In this document: positions 1-12,651 of the stretch, in pieces
Numbering within the stretch: position 1 is the first letter of the stretch
Layout: each line of letters opens with the position of its first letter
DNA from: Takakia lepidozioides
Taxonomy: Eukaryota; Plantae; Bryophyta
DNA length: 64,000 nt
Assembly: GCA_030704615.1 (NCBI GenBank)
Contig: CM060731.1
Span: 76,260,001-76,324,000, forward strand
Reading direction: 5' to 3'
Notes under the pieces: generated by a model
What the model was told of the DNA's origin: nothing
What the model saw: only the letters and a program-made list of their open reading frames with translations
The model's database searches: none
Made by a program: the position numbers and the translations under genes

Positions 1-40
1 CACTTCACTTACAAAATCATTGTAAGCTTGGACACAAGGC

Positions 41-269
41 TAGGGCTGTCATTGCTGGGGCCATGACCACTGTCTTCTCTTTTTTGTGTCATGTAAATTT
101 TTTGAACACGTAGGGCAGCTGAACTGTAGCAGTTGAACTATAGCAAAACTGTCAGTACTCAGCTGAATAGCTGAATGTCAGTATTCAGCTGTTACAGTTG
201 AACTGTAAAGAGAGGGGGCAATCAGAAGACAATCTTTGGGCACCAGACGTGGCTTTGGATACAGCCCTA
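41..269. mobile_element. Small MITE-like element
   Basis: Ends are inverted: TAGGGCTGT (41) and ACAGCCCTA (269). GGC flanks both sides. Interior has repeated CAGCTG/GAACTGTA motifs and no ORF. Confidence 0.45.
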
Positions 270-394
270 GGCTGTAGATCTACTCCCATTCCAAGGATCA
301 GAAATGTTGGATAGCTTACATGTTGAAGCCGTGACTCTTACACATCAGGCAATTACAATCTCACACTACAATAGATGAGCGTTTTTATGACTTC

Positions 395-1070
395 ACATAT
401 GACTATTTTTTCAGTCTTATATGAGTTCATGACTACATCACTCTGTAGTGAAAAAAGCCCTGTCATAGCGACTAGTCTTTAGGACTGCGTTTTGCAAGTC
501 ATATCCATTGACTGCTTGCGTGGCACTTGGAGTCCTGCTGCAGAGAGGGTTGCAGTCACAACTATATGACTAATATATGACTACATTGTCTGTTGAGCGT
601 TGCCTACATGGAGAGGCGCGGGACACGCGCGCCACTGCTCAAGCGACACGTCATACATTCGTCAGGGGATCATATGACTATATGTCTGCAAAGTGATGCC
701 TACATGGAGAGGCGACGGATGGATACGTGCGTCACTGCGAATTTGACATGTCACGACTTCTTGCCATGATCATATGACTACATGTCTGCACAGTGATGCC
801 TACATGGAGAGGCGCTAGCGAAACACGTGTGCTATGGCAAATTTCACACGTGGTGACTACATGACTCGCTCATATGACTACAGGGATGTCTACATAAAGA
901 GATATTAGCGGGACACCTGTTGCACTTGAGATGTGACATGTGGCACACAGACAAAATATATGACTAGCATATATGACTACGGATCTTTACACGTGGTGAA
1001 AATATGGATAAAGAATGTCGTGTCATATACTGCCACGTGTTCTGGTTTGAGCAAGAGTGATGCCACGTGT
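395..1070 (+). repeat. CACTA subterminal repeat array
   Basis: More than 10 copies of (AT)ATGACTA. About 4 diverged ~100-bp units (ATGACTACAT...TGCCTACATGGAGAGGCG...ACACGTG) lie between ~575 and ~980. Confidence 0.85.
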
Positions 1071-1538
1071 CATCAAGATTGTTTTCCGAAATAGTTTATA
1101 TTTTTAATGTTCATATTTTAATTTTTAGTTTTCATTTAATATTTAAAAGAACAGAGAGATTGCAGCCTTGGATTTTTTTTTTAATGGTATTATTTTTAAT
1201 ATTATTATTTAAAATGAAAGTAAATTAAATGATTTAAAATCTTCATTACATGGTGAAATTCCAACATGAAAACAGAATGGATCCCTCCTGCATACTATCA
1301 ACCACAAGGAGAATGAAAATAGTCAACTACAGGGCAATACAAGCCCTATAAATCACATTACAAAAATCCAAATGAGACCAATATCCCAATGGACACCTCA
1401 AAAGCCACAAGGTCAAAAAATCCATGCCTCAAAAGGCCCAGCCAAGAACAAGCAAGCCCACACATGGGCTGATTTGTTGTAGCTAGTATGTTCTAGTGCT
1501 ATTAGAATCAATAAGTCTGTCAAACAGTGCAATACTGA

Positions 1539-4500
1539 CTATCCCTTCCGCAGCTCCATAAGTTTCAGTAACTTTAGACTCCAAAGTGTTGTCTGGCCAA
1601 CCACCTGCCCCAACTCGGTCTGTTTCCTAACACCATTCACATATGGTAGAGGGGTGTTACTGACACATGCCTCTTTGATGTACACACACGCATAATCAAG
1701 GGGCACAGCAGGGTACCCGTAACCCACCACGGCACCTTGAAGAGCAACAATCAGCCCTACTCCACATTTCTTGCGTTTGGAGTTCACATCCAACAGCCGA
1801 ACCTCGTCACCCACCCTGAACTGTGATCCCAACTCCACACAAAAAAGAACACGATGTGAAAACCCATGACATACACACGACTAGGACACTCAACATTTGC
1901 GAGTTAAAGAGAGCCCCAAGGTTGGAAAAAATATAACAGACAAGACAACGGCCTGGACTTACTCCATTTGCAGTCTCCAGTGGTGGTGAGACCTCTTTTG
2001 GGGGGCTACTCGCCGGGTCGACACTCTTGCCCCTCGTCTGTACCGGCTTGTCGACAATATCACCTTTGTTTGTCACAAGTTCCTGTGTCATAGACCAGAG
2101 ATCAACCAGGAAAGCAATGAGCAAAAAAGAATAGTGAATAGAAACAAAATCCAAGTATGAATCAAACAAAAAAAGCCAACATGAAAAGCTGCAAAGAAAA
2201 CCTAGCATTAATCAAGCAACCGAGGAGAAGCATCCAGGAAAGCAATGCAATGAATGAACCCACAAAAATGTAGCCTCTGGAGCACTGTCAAAATGTTTGT
2301 ACCTTCACAGTAGCAGTGTTGTATGGTTGTTGTCCGAAAACAGGCTGAGACTCCAAAAACTTGGGAATACTGGCAGCTTTCGATGCCTTCCACAAGAAAG
2401 GCCACAACACCTCTGTTAGATACTCATCAGTTGGTGAATCTGGTTGCACCTTCCATGGCTCTGGAAAAATCCCACTGAAGGGAGGATTGTTTGCCGCCTT
2501 TCTTGGTGTGTCGTCAACAAGAACAGTGTCCTCATAAGTCCATTCTGGCCAGTCTGCCCACACTGTAGACAAGTTCTTGAAATATAATGGCTTTGAATCA
2601 GACCCCTTACGGCATGGGAGGACTGGATCCTCGTCACAGTGAAGGGCATCCCACTGGAAAACCAGGTTAGTGTGGGCTGCAAAAATATAGTCCACCATTG
2701 GGAAGAAGTTGCGAGCTTGGCAACAAGACCACACCGCCACCTCAAAGTGTTCAAAACACTTTTGCAAAAAGTCATAACAGCGTGGTCTCAAAACTACCAT
2801 CTTCTTGCCACACATCTTCCCCACAAAACCTTTGGGAAGGGATGCAGGCCCATTAGCAGAATGAAAAGATTCACATAACAGACCATTTAAGTCCAGAATT
2901 AGTAAATGCTTCCTCGTTGGTCCAGGAAGTAAACTGACATTTGGCTTCAACATGTGAGCAGGAGAAATTAAAGCAACCTGCTTGTTTGTTTTGTCCCCGT
3001 CTCTTCCTCCCCATCTAAACTCCCACATACCTGCATACCAGAATCCGGTGTGCCCGGCGGCTCTGTCACCATTGCCCCCTGGACTGCTACTGCCTTTGTA
3101 CGTGGCAAGGGCTGAATTTCCACGTGTACCTCACAGCTGGCCTTCCCTGTATCCTGCTGCTGCTCGGTCAAATTCAAAAGATCATCAGTGACAGGAAGAC
3201 ATAAGGGCTTAGAGTGAGCACCAGTTACCGTCTGAAATTGGGATTCCAAACATTTTGATACTGTCACAGCAGACGTATCCATCGTAGATGTCACTGGTCC
3301 TGCGCCTGGTAGATTAATCCCCAATCTGGTCACAATGGCTTTCTGGTACTCAATCATACTCTGCATCTGTAATTTTAATTCTGCCATGTCACGTCCTTGT
3401 GATTCCACCAGTTTGTCCAAGCCATCCATCCTGCCAACTACTGTAGAATATGCGAGACTTCCCTCCTGCCAATCCATGAAAACTTGCCCAAGTATGAATC
3501 AAACCAAAAAAACCTAGCATGAACAACCATTGGAAAGAAAACCCAGGCCAAAAGCCGTGAAAAAAACCCTAGCAACCTATGATGCAGCAACCACTCTAGC
3601 AAACGTGGAAAACACACTTACCCGCCTGTCACTCCCAGCTGACAACCGTGACACTGAACCCTCTTGAATTTCATATAATGTAGGAGGGCACCCTGATAGT
3701 GTTTCCTACAAATTAATCCATGCCACAAACAAACCCATGCCACAAGTCAGTAAGCAATGTGAGGGCTGACTATATACACATAGCAATTCAATGAGGAACA
3801 AAATACAGAGTCGTGATGATGCCACTTACCAAGCGTGCTTCCACCATTGCCTTCCCACCACGGCCAGTCTTGGTAGGATTCAGAATTGCACCATTTGCCT
3901 TCTTCATGTTGCCCGACACTTTGTGGAACACCTCTGTCTGCCAGTAACTTACAAGCTTGTTCCATACCTCGTCAGATACAGTAATGGGTTTCCCCTTACC
4001 ACCCAACCACGCAGTGTGTGCTTCATAACGCTGGCTCTTCATTATTCTGCCAATTGTTTGTTTTAGGTGGAAGTCTTTTAACTCGTGCGGCGTATATGAA
4101 AATAGCTTAGCCAGGTGATCTCTGATTTCGTATACAACTTCATCAGGTTGGTTGTTGATGGCAAGGGAACAATCTAGCTTGCGATAAGCCTGTCCTTTAA
4201 GGGCAGCGTGCCATACATTCCGGGTCTGACCATACGGGGCTCCTTTGAGGTTCGTCAAAATCACCGTGGGAGGAAGACCTGCAGCTATTCTCTCTTCCTT
4301 GACCTTGGCAGCTTCAATTTTGGCTGAGCTATTAGCCCTCCTTAAAGCATTGGTTCTATCATTCTTTGAAACGGCACCCTCCCCTCCTTCAGAGACCTCC
4401 GTGCGCTCAGGAGAATTCAAAGCAGGATCCTGCCAAGTAGGGACTGGTGGCCATGGTTGTTGGCCAGAAGGCCGAGGACCATACTGTCCATACTGTCCAT

Positions 4501-6111
4501 AAGCAGGAGGATATTCCGGTGGCCTGCCACCCCCATAGCTATTAGGGGGTGGCAAATATGGTGGAGGAGGATACTGGCCATACTGCCCATATGGAGGAGC
4601 ACCATATTGACCCTGACCATACTGAGTGCCAGACTGTGGGTACTGAGGCATACCATAATAAGGTGGGGGTACTGGTGGCACAGAACCCACAACGTTGGGA
4701 GAGTTAGGGCCACCTCCTGCGTTCTTGTGGGCGCCATCTCCATTGCTAGCAGCAGGGATCGTGGATCCAGTGCGCTTGTGCTTGCCCTGAAAAGAAATTC
4801 CCCCAGTACAATGTGGGTGATTACACATACATATAGGCAGCAAGCAGCAAATCCTTGAATTCAGGCAAAACAAACTGAAGCACATATCATTTGTAAGGAC
4901 AAGATTACCCAAAACTCAGTATGATCTTGGGCAGTAAATCTCCCAAATTTGATTGGCCCCAATGATGTCCTCCCAGTCCAGATTGCTGAATCTGCTGTCA
5001 GTAGTACATTTTTGAGCCCTCTTAGGTATGGGGTGTTCCTGAAATCCATAGCAAGAATTCAAATGGACAAACCTGATGGGTCCATGAGAAGTATCCCTCC
5101 ATGGGTGCATAAGTAACCCAAGTATCTCTATAAGTAGCCATTGTAGCTTAGTACCAGGACGTTGGTTTCATGGGGCAAAGAATTTGAACACACCTGAAGT
5201 CTACATTGGCCTGACATCATGCCTTTGGCACTTCAACTTGTCTAGTGGAAATCATTTGTGATTGTGCCTTGGCTGACCCCTGCATTGTCCAACTTCCCTG
5301 TCTTGACAGACATACCCTATCTCTTCGTGATTTTACCAAAAACATACATAATTAGAATCATGGTCATTGTGAAGAACTATAACTCACAGACGGAGAAGGT
5401 GTTCGTAGTGTAGATGATGGGCGTTTTTGTCCTGCGACATGAGCATGGGCATGTTCTCCTCGGCTTGCCGTGGCATCCGCCGACGACGCACTCGCCTCGC
5501 ACTGGCGTGGGAGGAGTGGATCGTCCTCATCGTCCTCAGAAGAGCCCTCATGCAGAATCGTAGTCTTCATCGTCTTCAGTCTGGCACTTTGCCTTGCAGG
5601 ACCTTGATCCCTACCTTTTTCCTTCGGAGCGCGTGGCTTGCGAGGGCGATTCGCTCCCGCAAGCCTGCACAAACACCTCCATGACCTCCCTCTCAAACAA
5701 TCACAAACAAATGTAAGCATACATACCCTAATACTCTTAAGCCTACGCTGAACCACAGCCGCACCCTACCAGGACGTAATGCCTGCCCACGAATGACGGC
5801 GGACATCTCCCGCCTAATGACACACCCTCCTCAAACCTAATCGTCACTCACTGCATGTTGTTTGCCTCTCTGTTTGTACAAGTCGCAGCTACTCGCCCCC
5901 ATTTGTGCTATGAAGCTTATGATCGCTGTAGGAAGGTTAGAGGATAAGGCAAATCGCAAGTTTAGTGGGTGGTATCCAAAGTCAGGAACTAAACTCACCC
6001 ATCTATCGACTGCTTGAACGTTGCTTCCACCTCCTTTATGGCAGCAATCCGGTGCTCTCGGAACTTCTCAGTGTGAGGGACTGTCACTTCGAAGACCTTC
6101 CGCTTCACCAT
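1539..6111 (-). CDS. Multi-exon CACTA TnpA-like protein: Transposase_24 (Ptta)-like region, coiled coil, FCP1/NIF HAD-phosphatase domain, C-terminal Tnp1/En/Spm-like domain (possibly a pseudogene)
   Basis: Putative exons with GT-AG sites: ~6111-5999 (MVKRKVF...), ~5665-5387, ~4788-3829 (KPITVSDEVWNKLVSYWQTE..KVSGNMKKANG...KTGRGG), ~3706-3622, ~3465-3030, ~2977-2303 (LLILDLNGLL..RP..DFL..FEVAVWS..KNL..TVLVDDTPRK..NPP), ~2082-1962 and ~1830-1539 (GDEVRLLD..GVG..PLPY..LGQVVGQTTLW). A short intron or frameshift lies at ~3000. Confidence 0.65.
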
Positions 6112-6236
6112 GGACACTCAGAAACGATACTTATAGTATACTATAGATATAGAAATAGCACATTGGCAGCTGGTGCAAAACTAGAGACAATGCACTGTGC
6201 GTAGCATGCAAAGAGGGAAGGGGTGACGTTCAAAGC

Positions 6237-9200
6237 ATGTACAGTGCAGGTGGCGAACGGATGCGTAGGCGTAGAATAGATGACCGTCTATGGCGAATGG
6301 AAGAAGCTTATGCCACAAAGAATGGGCATACAAAAATGCTATGCAACTGCGATGAGTGTCATGGAGGAAAAGTACTCTTGTTGGAAACAGTGAGGAATCA
6401 TTACATGATACACGGGAGGGATCCTCTTCTCCAACGCTGTTCTCTTCCGGTAAGATCGTCACTTTCCCTTCAGCACTTTAGTTTGAATTTTGAATGCAAC
6501 GATCCTCTTCTCCACATGTCGACATTTCGTTGGGTGATTGTAGTCAAGAAGTCATAAGATACAGACGTGAGTATGACTACACCACTTCCGTTATCACTTT
6601 AATTAATGCACATGTCGTGTTTTCATTGGTCATGTGTAGTCATGTAGTCATATATGACTAAGTAAGTGACTGCAACTATGACTTCAATGGTTACAAATGT
6701 CGTGTTTTGATTGGGTGTATATTCATAAGATACATACGTAAATATGACTACATCACTGCAACGTCACCGTGCCCTATGTCATAATATGAACAAGTGTCAC
6801 ATCGTTGTTGGTCCACTCACAAGATGACTATTGGGATGCAGGGATGTGAATATTCAGATGATGAAGACGAAGGCCCTGCGGCACAGCGGGAGCCCAATGT
6901 CACAGAGAACGCAGATGAGAGTGGTGGATTGGAGGTAGAAATGCAGCGTGCATTGCAGGAAGCGTTTCTCTTTGCAGATGCAAACAGAGAGGACCCCATT
7001 CATGGTGGAACCGATCACACATTTGCCGATCATGACGATGATCTCGACGATTCGGGAGACAATGAATTTGATGAGAATGCTCACCTGCACGTTGATCCCG
7101 AGTATGATAAACTCTTCCGAGCGTCGCAATGTCCACTTTTTGAAGGGTGCTCCATCAGCCGGCTGCAAGCAACTTTGACGTTGCTGAACGCATGCACGAC
7201 CCACAAGTGCACCAATGCATTTGTGGATGAGCTTCTGGGATTGTTGCGTAAGAGTTTTTTGCCTAAAGAGAATTCATTGCCGAAAACTCACTATGAAGCA
7301 AAAACCATGATTGCCAAGATGGGATTGCAGTACACGATGATTCATGCTTGTGAGCGTGGTTGTGTACTCTTCCGTGGGGAGTATGAAATGTAGACATTTG
7401 CCCAGTGTGCCGCAGTTCCCGTTACATTCCAGGTCGTGGAAGTGTGCCCAAGAAAGTATTGCGACACTTCCCTGTCATTCCAAGGTTGAAAGGTATGTAC
7501 CGATGTTAATCGATCGCTAACCTTATGACATGGCACGACAGACATAAGAGCCAGGATGGGTTGGTTCGACATCTAGCTGATAGCAAAGCATGGAGACACA
7601 TTGACACCACATTTGCGGATTTTGCTGCAGAGCCACGATCTCTGCGATTTGGATTGGCCTTAGACGCTGTAAATCCCTACGGAGCTCAATCCACAAGTTG
7701 GAGCACATGGCCCGTTCTCTTGGTCAATTACAATCTGCCTCCGTGGTTAATGACCAAAAAGTTCTTTGTCATGTTAGCGCTACTGATTCCTGATAAGGAG
7801 TCTGTTACCTCGGACAACGTAGATGTTTACCTGATGCCCCTAGTGGAAGAGCTATTGGAACTATGGAGAGGGATTGCAGCTCATGATGTTTCCCGTCCTC
7901 GTGGTCAACGCGAATTCACACTGAGGGTAGTGTTGATGTGGTCAATCCATGACTACCCTGCATATGGCTTGCTCTCAGGTCAAGTGACGAAAGATTATGC
8001 TGGTTGTCCAGCTTGTGGACCCGGGGTGACTTCACAGTAGTTACACACATGTGGAAAAATTGTTTTCCTAGGCCACCGAAGATTTTTGGCCCGCAATCAT
8101 CCATATAGAAGGTCAAGAATGTTCAATGGCGCTACTGAGCATGGAACTCCTCCAAAAACGCAGACTGGAACACAAATCAAGGACCTTGCAACAGCTCGCA
8201 CTGCATGGGTGGAAAACGGAGGGACGCCAGATAGCAGGACAGACCCAGCAAAAACTCATGGAGTTAAGCGATTGTCAATTTTATATGTCTTATCTTATTG
8301 GGAAGTAATTCCTTCATGGCCTTTAAATTGGTTGTGTACATTTTTGCGTTTTCTGTTTAAATTGTGATGAGTAAATGCTCAATTGCTTATGTGTTCATTT
8401 TGTAGGGTCTCCTCATCCGCCACATGTTTGACGCAATGCATTGCGAGAAGAACTTGACTGAAAATATTATTAAAATTATCTTTGGTGAGAAAGACACATT
8501 GAAAGTTCGCCGTGATTTGGAGCTACTTGGGATGCGCCCGGAATTGTGGCTACAACGTGATCCTGACAGAGCAGATACGTTAATTATGTCTCATGCCCCT
8601 TATGTCCTCACTGAGGCTGAGTTACAAGTCTTTCTGGAGATTGTGCAGAACTTGAAAGTGCCAAAAGGCTACGCATCAGCTTTCAAAAAACATGTGGTGA
8701 AGAAGAAGTTGTCAGGCATGAAATCACATGACTATCATGTGCTCATGCAGCAAATTATACCGCTTGCTATCTGTGGGCTCATGTCAAGTGGTCCTCAAAG
8801 GGCCATTTTGCGAGTATGTCGTGTATTTAAGAAGTTGTGTGCAAAAGTGGTGAATCCTGTAGAGTATGAGGAATTGAGAACTGAAGCAGTTCTCACTCTG
8901 TGTCTCATAGAGAAGGAGTTCCCACCATCATTTTTTGATGTGATGACACATCTGGTTGTTCACCTAGTGGATGAGTTGTACTTATGCGGGCCCGTAGCAT
9001 CTCGTTGGATGTACCCCATGGAGCGGGCAATGAAAGATATAAAGGGCTACGTAAGAAACATGGCAAGGCCCGAGGGGAGCATGGCAGAAGGATACCAATT
9101 TGAAGAAGCATTGGGTTTTTGCATAGAGTATATGGCAGGATTTGATGGAAGTGTACGAAGGGTGTAGGATGCAGATGAGGCATAATCTGTGGAACGTGAA

Positions 9201-10383
9201 GTTGTGGAAGGAAGTTCTAAAGCCCGAAAATTGAATGACCTGTGTGATATTCAGAGTACATCATTCAGAACCATCCTCGTCTATCAGTCATGTTGGGGTA
9301 AGAAATCTACTTCATTGACATTCAGATTTCCAAGTTTTAGTCATTTATCATTAGTTGGCATATGGCGTCTTTTCAAATCTTCCACGCCACCTCTGTCAAT
9401 CTCCTGGCTGACCCTCGGATTGTGACAGGATATATGAAGCAGAGTCCACACGGATAGAAGCCAGACGACGCTTGTTTCGTGAGGAGCAAGGGCTGGAAGA
9501 CATGAGCAATCCCACGGCAATTCAGTACCCTCCTGATTTGCATCCTTGTCCTCCATTTGCTGTTTGGCTCCCTCAAGGTGTACGGGATCATCTCTCAATT
9601 CAATCAGATGGACTTGATCCTACAACATGTGAGGAATTACTGGATCTTTCAAGGCCTCCATCATTTACTGCCCTGTCATTCAAGAGTATGACAGCGTATG
9701 GTAACCATTACAGGGTTACATCCCCCGGCATGAACACAACAAGTATGGTGTCTTTTGATTGTGGAGTCTCATCTGTTTTCCAGCACCAGCCCATTACCAA
9801 CAATTCAGGCAATGACATGGAGGAACCTACAAGATATGTGGGTCTTATAAGGGAGATTTTGCAAATTGACTATGGCCAAATACAACCTATAGCGTTTTTG
9901 TGTTCGTGGGTACAGGCGAGTCGCGTGGGTCGTCAACCTATGTCAATGAAGCAGGATGATGCTGGCTTCACACTTGTCAATTTTAACCGTATGCTTCCAC
10001 CTTCTGAGCAACCTTTTGTGTTTCCTGGCCAGGTTGATCAAGTGTTTTTTTCTGATTGTGTGAAGGAGCCAGGGTGGAAAGTCGTCCTGGAGAAGAGCCC
10101 CCGAGCATGTAGAGTGGTCTGCGACATATCAATTGATAATGATGATGTGGCGGAAGTGGAAGGATTGTTAGCCCCACAAAGACTAGAGGAGACTGTGGTT
10201 ACTGATGGCCCAACATGCAGCCGAGCGGTACCGGTTACTCCAGAGCAGGTGGCCTCCTTGTACCTCCGAGCACCCCGTATACGTGGTGATGATGTTCAGC
10301 CAACCCTTGGAGAAGATGAAGTCTGTGATGAAGACAGTGATACATGTAGTGAGCCAGACATAGATGAGGATGATGAAGATTAG
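6237..10383 (+). pseudogene. CACTA TnpD-type transposase pseudogene (transposase-associated domain, Transposase_21, DUF4218, DUF4216)
   Basis: Exons ~6237-6449 (MLCNCDEC..VRNHYMIHG), ~6842-8305 (IHAC..GCVLF; LRFGLALDAVNP; STWPV; SIHDYPAYG..SG; GCPAC; GHRRFL), ~8406-9297 (DAMHCEKN; GMKSHDYH; FFDVMTHL..HL; GPV..RWMYPMER) and ~9430-10383 (EQPFVFPGQVDQVFF..WKVV). In-frame stops at ~7391, ~8038 and ~9165, plus frameshifts. Confidence 0.93.
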
Positions 10384-10569
10384 ATATGCGCGATTGGTGC
10401 ACTCCAGTTATAGACCATGCATGATAGTTTAAGGTGGTAACACTCCCTTCGCATTCCCATTAAGATATCATGCTTGGACACTGGATTTTATGATCAATTA
10501 TGGAGTGCTTTCCTTTCAGGACCCTTTATTCATTTGTTGTTGCAATTGGCTTTGGACCAACCCGTGCTG

Positions 10570-11720
10570 GTACCATTGCCATGGGTTTTGCCTGCAATGT
10601 TTTCTTGCCATGGATTCGGCACACGCCACGAAAGGCCATCCAGACCATCCTCTGGAAATGCTCCAATGTTGTTTCAAACATCTCCACATTGCAATGGATA
10701 CAACACTGACATTAGATGAGTGAAAGTGAGACTAGACCTCCAGCCAGCCAGTTTTCCCACATCAAATTGAAGGGGATCTGTAGATTATAGATAACGGTTG
10801 TTGCCTTCTCAATGTCTTTTCCAATGACCTCTGCAATGAACTGGGGTATAAGATCCTTCAAATCACAAGTTTGAGCATCACGCACAAGCCACTTACGGGG
10901 ATAGAGTTTCCAATGCGAACCATTGGTCTTTTATTGATAGCATTGTTGTAAAATACATGGACCAACATGGTCAATTTCGGGAATGACATATAGTATGCTT
11001 TCATGTACTATGTAAGCATGCAACTATGTACCAGTGACGTGGCTTGTTCGCCACTTAACCTGTTTGCCCATTCAGCCAGCTCCACATTGTCATGGATTTT
11101 GCATGCTGGATTGTGAGGCCATCCACACCGTCCTCTGGAAATGCTATCATGGGGTTTCAGCTATGTCCACATTTCCTTGGATTATGCCTGCACGAAGCAA
11201 GGCCAACTGCATTCAGCACCCTCCACTTTATTATAGTATTGCAGCAACATTCAAAGCACTTCAATTTGTATCCATCGAAAACATCTAGGCTGGAAAAAGA
11301 CATTGTTGCAGCAGAACTTAGGAAAGTACTTCTCCCCTTCCACTACACACGTGAAATGAAAGAAGCCAACCAACAGCATACCAGCCAAGAAAATATGAAA
11401 CCAGCCAAGAAAAGAGCCAATATATGCAGTGAAGGTCGACACTAAATGAAACTTATCCAACACTTACATTAGAGGAGGGAAGCTAAGTCATACCTCCATA
11501 AGCTTGCCCACATCAAATTTGGGAGCTTTCAGAATTTCTCCTTTCCGGTTGAATGAACTTGGCTACAAGATCTTTCAAATCGCAAGTTTGAGCTTCACAC
11601 ACAATGAACTTGCAGGGATTGAGCTTCCAATGCGAACCAGGAGTCTTATATTGATAGCATTGTTGTAAAACACATGGACCAACAATGACAGTCTCTGGAA
11701 TGACATATAGTACAGCATGC
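10570..11720 (-). pseudogene. Decayed unknown gene with a tandemly duplicated two-part module
   Basis: 11565-11715 and 10850-10995 are diverged direct repeats that translate on the minus strand as LYVIPETVIVGPCVLQQCYQYKTPGSHWKLNPCKFIVCEAQTCDLKDL and LYVIPEIDHVGPCILQQCYQ*KTNGSHWKLYPRKWLVRDAQTCDLKDL. A second pair (11085-11190 and 10570-10700) shares NV..ET...HFQR.VWMA. Confidence 0.5.
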
Positions 11721-12195
11721 CGCTTCCAGTTGACCATCTACCCATGTAGGTTTCTTGTACCTATCCTTCCACAGGGAATCATAGGTAATGTGGAGCTTGA
11801 AATCCAGCCCTCTTGGATGAATGTGGACCCACACTCTATCCCTGCTCCTTCAGCTATCCATGCCTCTGACAGCCTACAATTCTACCAGCAAACACCCCAA
11901 CCATACTGGTGTGGAGTTCTTCCCCAAAACACCCCAACCCTACTTATCACAATCTGAAATGCATCTGCTTCTCTCTGTAGTCCAACAGGCATTCGCCTTT
12001 TTGTGGAAAGTGTTCACCCCAAAGCTTCTCCTCACCTCTATTATATGTTTTTGGATACTTCCCTGCTGCCACACTGGCAGTAACTTGCCAAAGTCACTCC
12101 AAACCACCACAGATGTACCCAACGACCTAACTTACAGAATTCAATATGCATCTTGCAGCCGAGTCTGATGAGAGGGCAACACAGGCTGAAATAGG

Positions 12196-12651
12196 TTGCC
12201 GAGGAGGAGGGTGATGGAGGGTGCCAAAACTTGGGACTTCGGGGGTGATGGGGAGTGCCTGGCAGCCAGCCTAGATATAGGGGATAATTTTGCTGTCATT
12301 GTTGAGCCTGGTAATGCTGAAGGGGTGGAGTTCTACTTGCTCATGTGTGACCTCCCATGTCACTCTGTCAGTGAAAACTCTCTGGATGAATGGGGTCAAG
12401 AAAGGCTTGCAGGTGAAGTCGTTGTTCGGGGCATACACTATCAACAAAATCCTGCTCGTAATGCTGGAAAACAGTCATATATCTTGTTGTCCGACAAGCC
12501 GCCTGCTTACATTTATTCGCATTTGGTTCGGGCCTCAAAGTTCCCTATGTTGCCTTCAAGATCAAGGAAGAGCAAGAGACCGGTATACACTTTGGGGGAG
12601 GATGCCTTGGAGCTCATACTGACATCAGTCATGCAAGATATTCCTGATTAG
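12196..12651 (+). pseudogene. Transposon-derived domain (GDNFAV..EGVEFYLL.C..D.WG..VV.G..YQ..YSHLV), probably the C-terminal part of a Sola2-like transposase
   Basis: Open frame of 151 aa. The motif resembles, from memory, the C-terminus of bryophyte transposase-like proteins of the same family as 13529-16450. Not verified by search. Confidence 0.45.

Noticed and set aside
444-450. TGTAGTG as the right end of a tiny CACTA starting at 364
   Set aside because: The flanking triplets differ (TCA vs AAA) and the subterminal repeats continue to ~1070.
575-980. CRISPR-like array of ~100-bp spaced repeats
   Set aside because: The 'spacers' are homologous to each other, the context is eukaryotic, and there are no cas genes. 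It is explained as a CACTA subterminal array.
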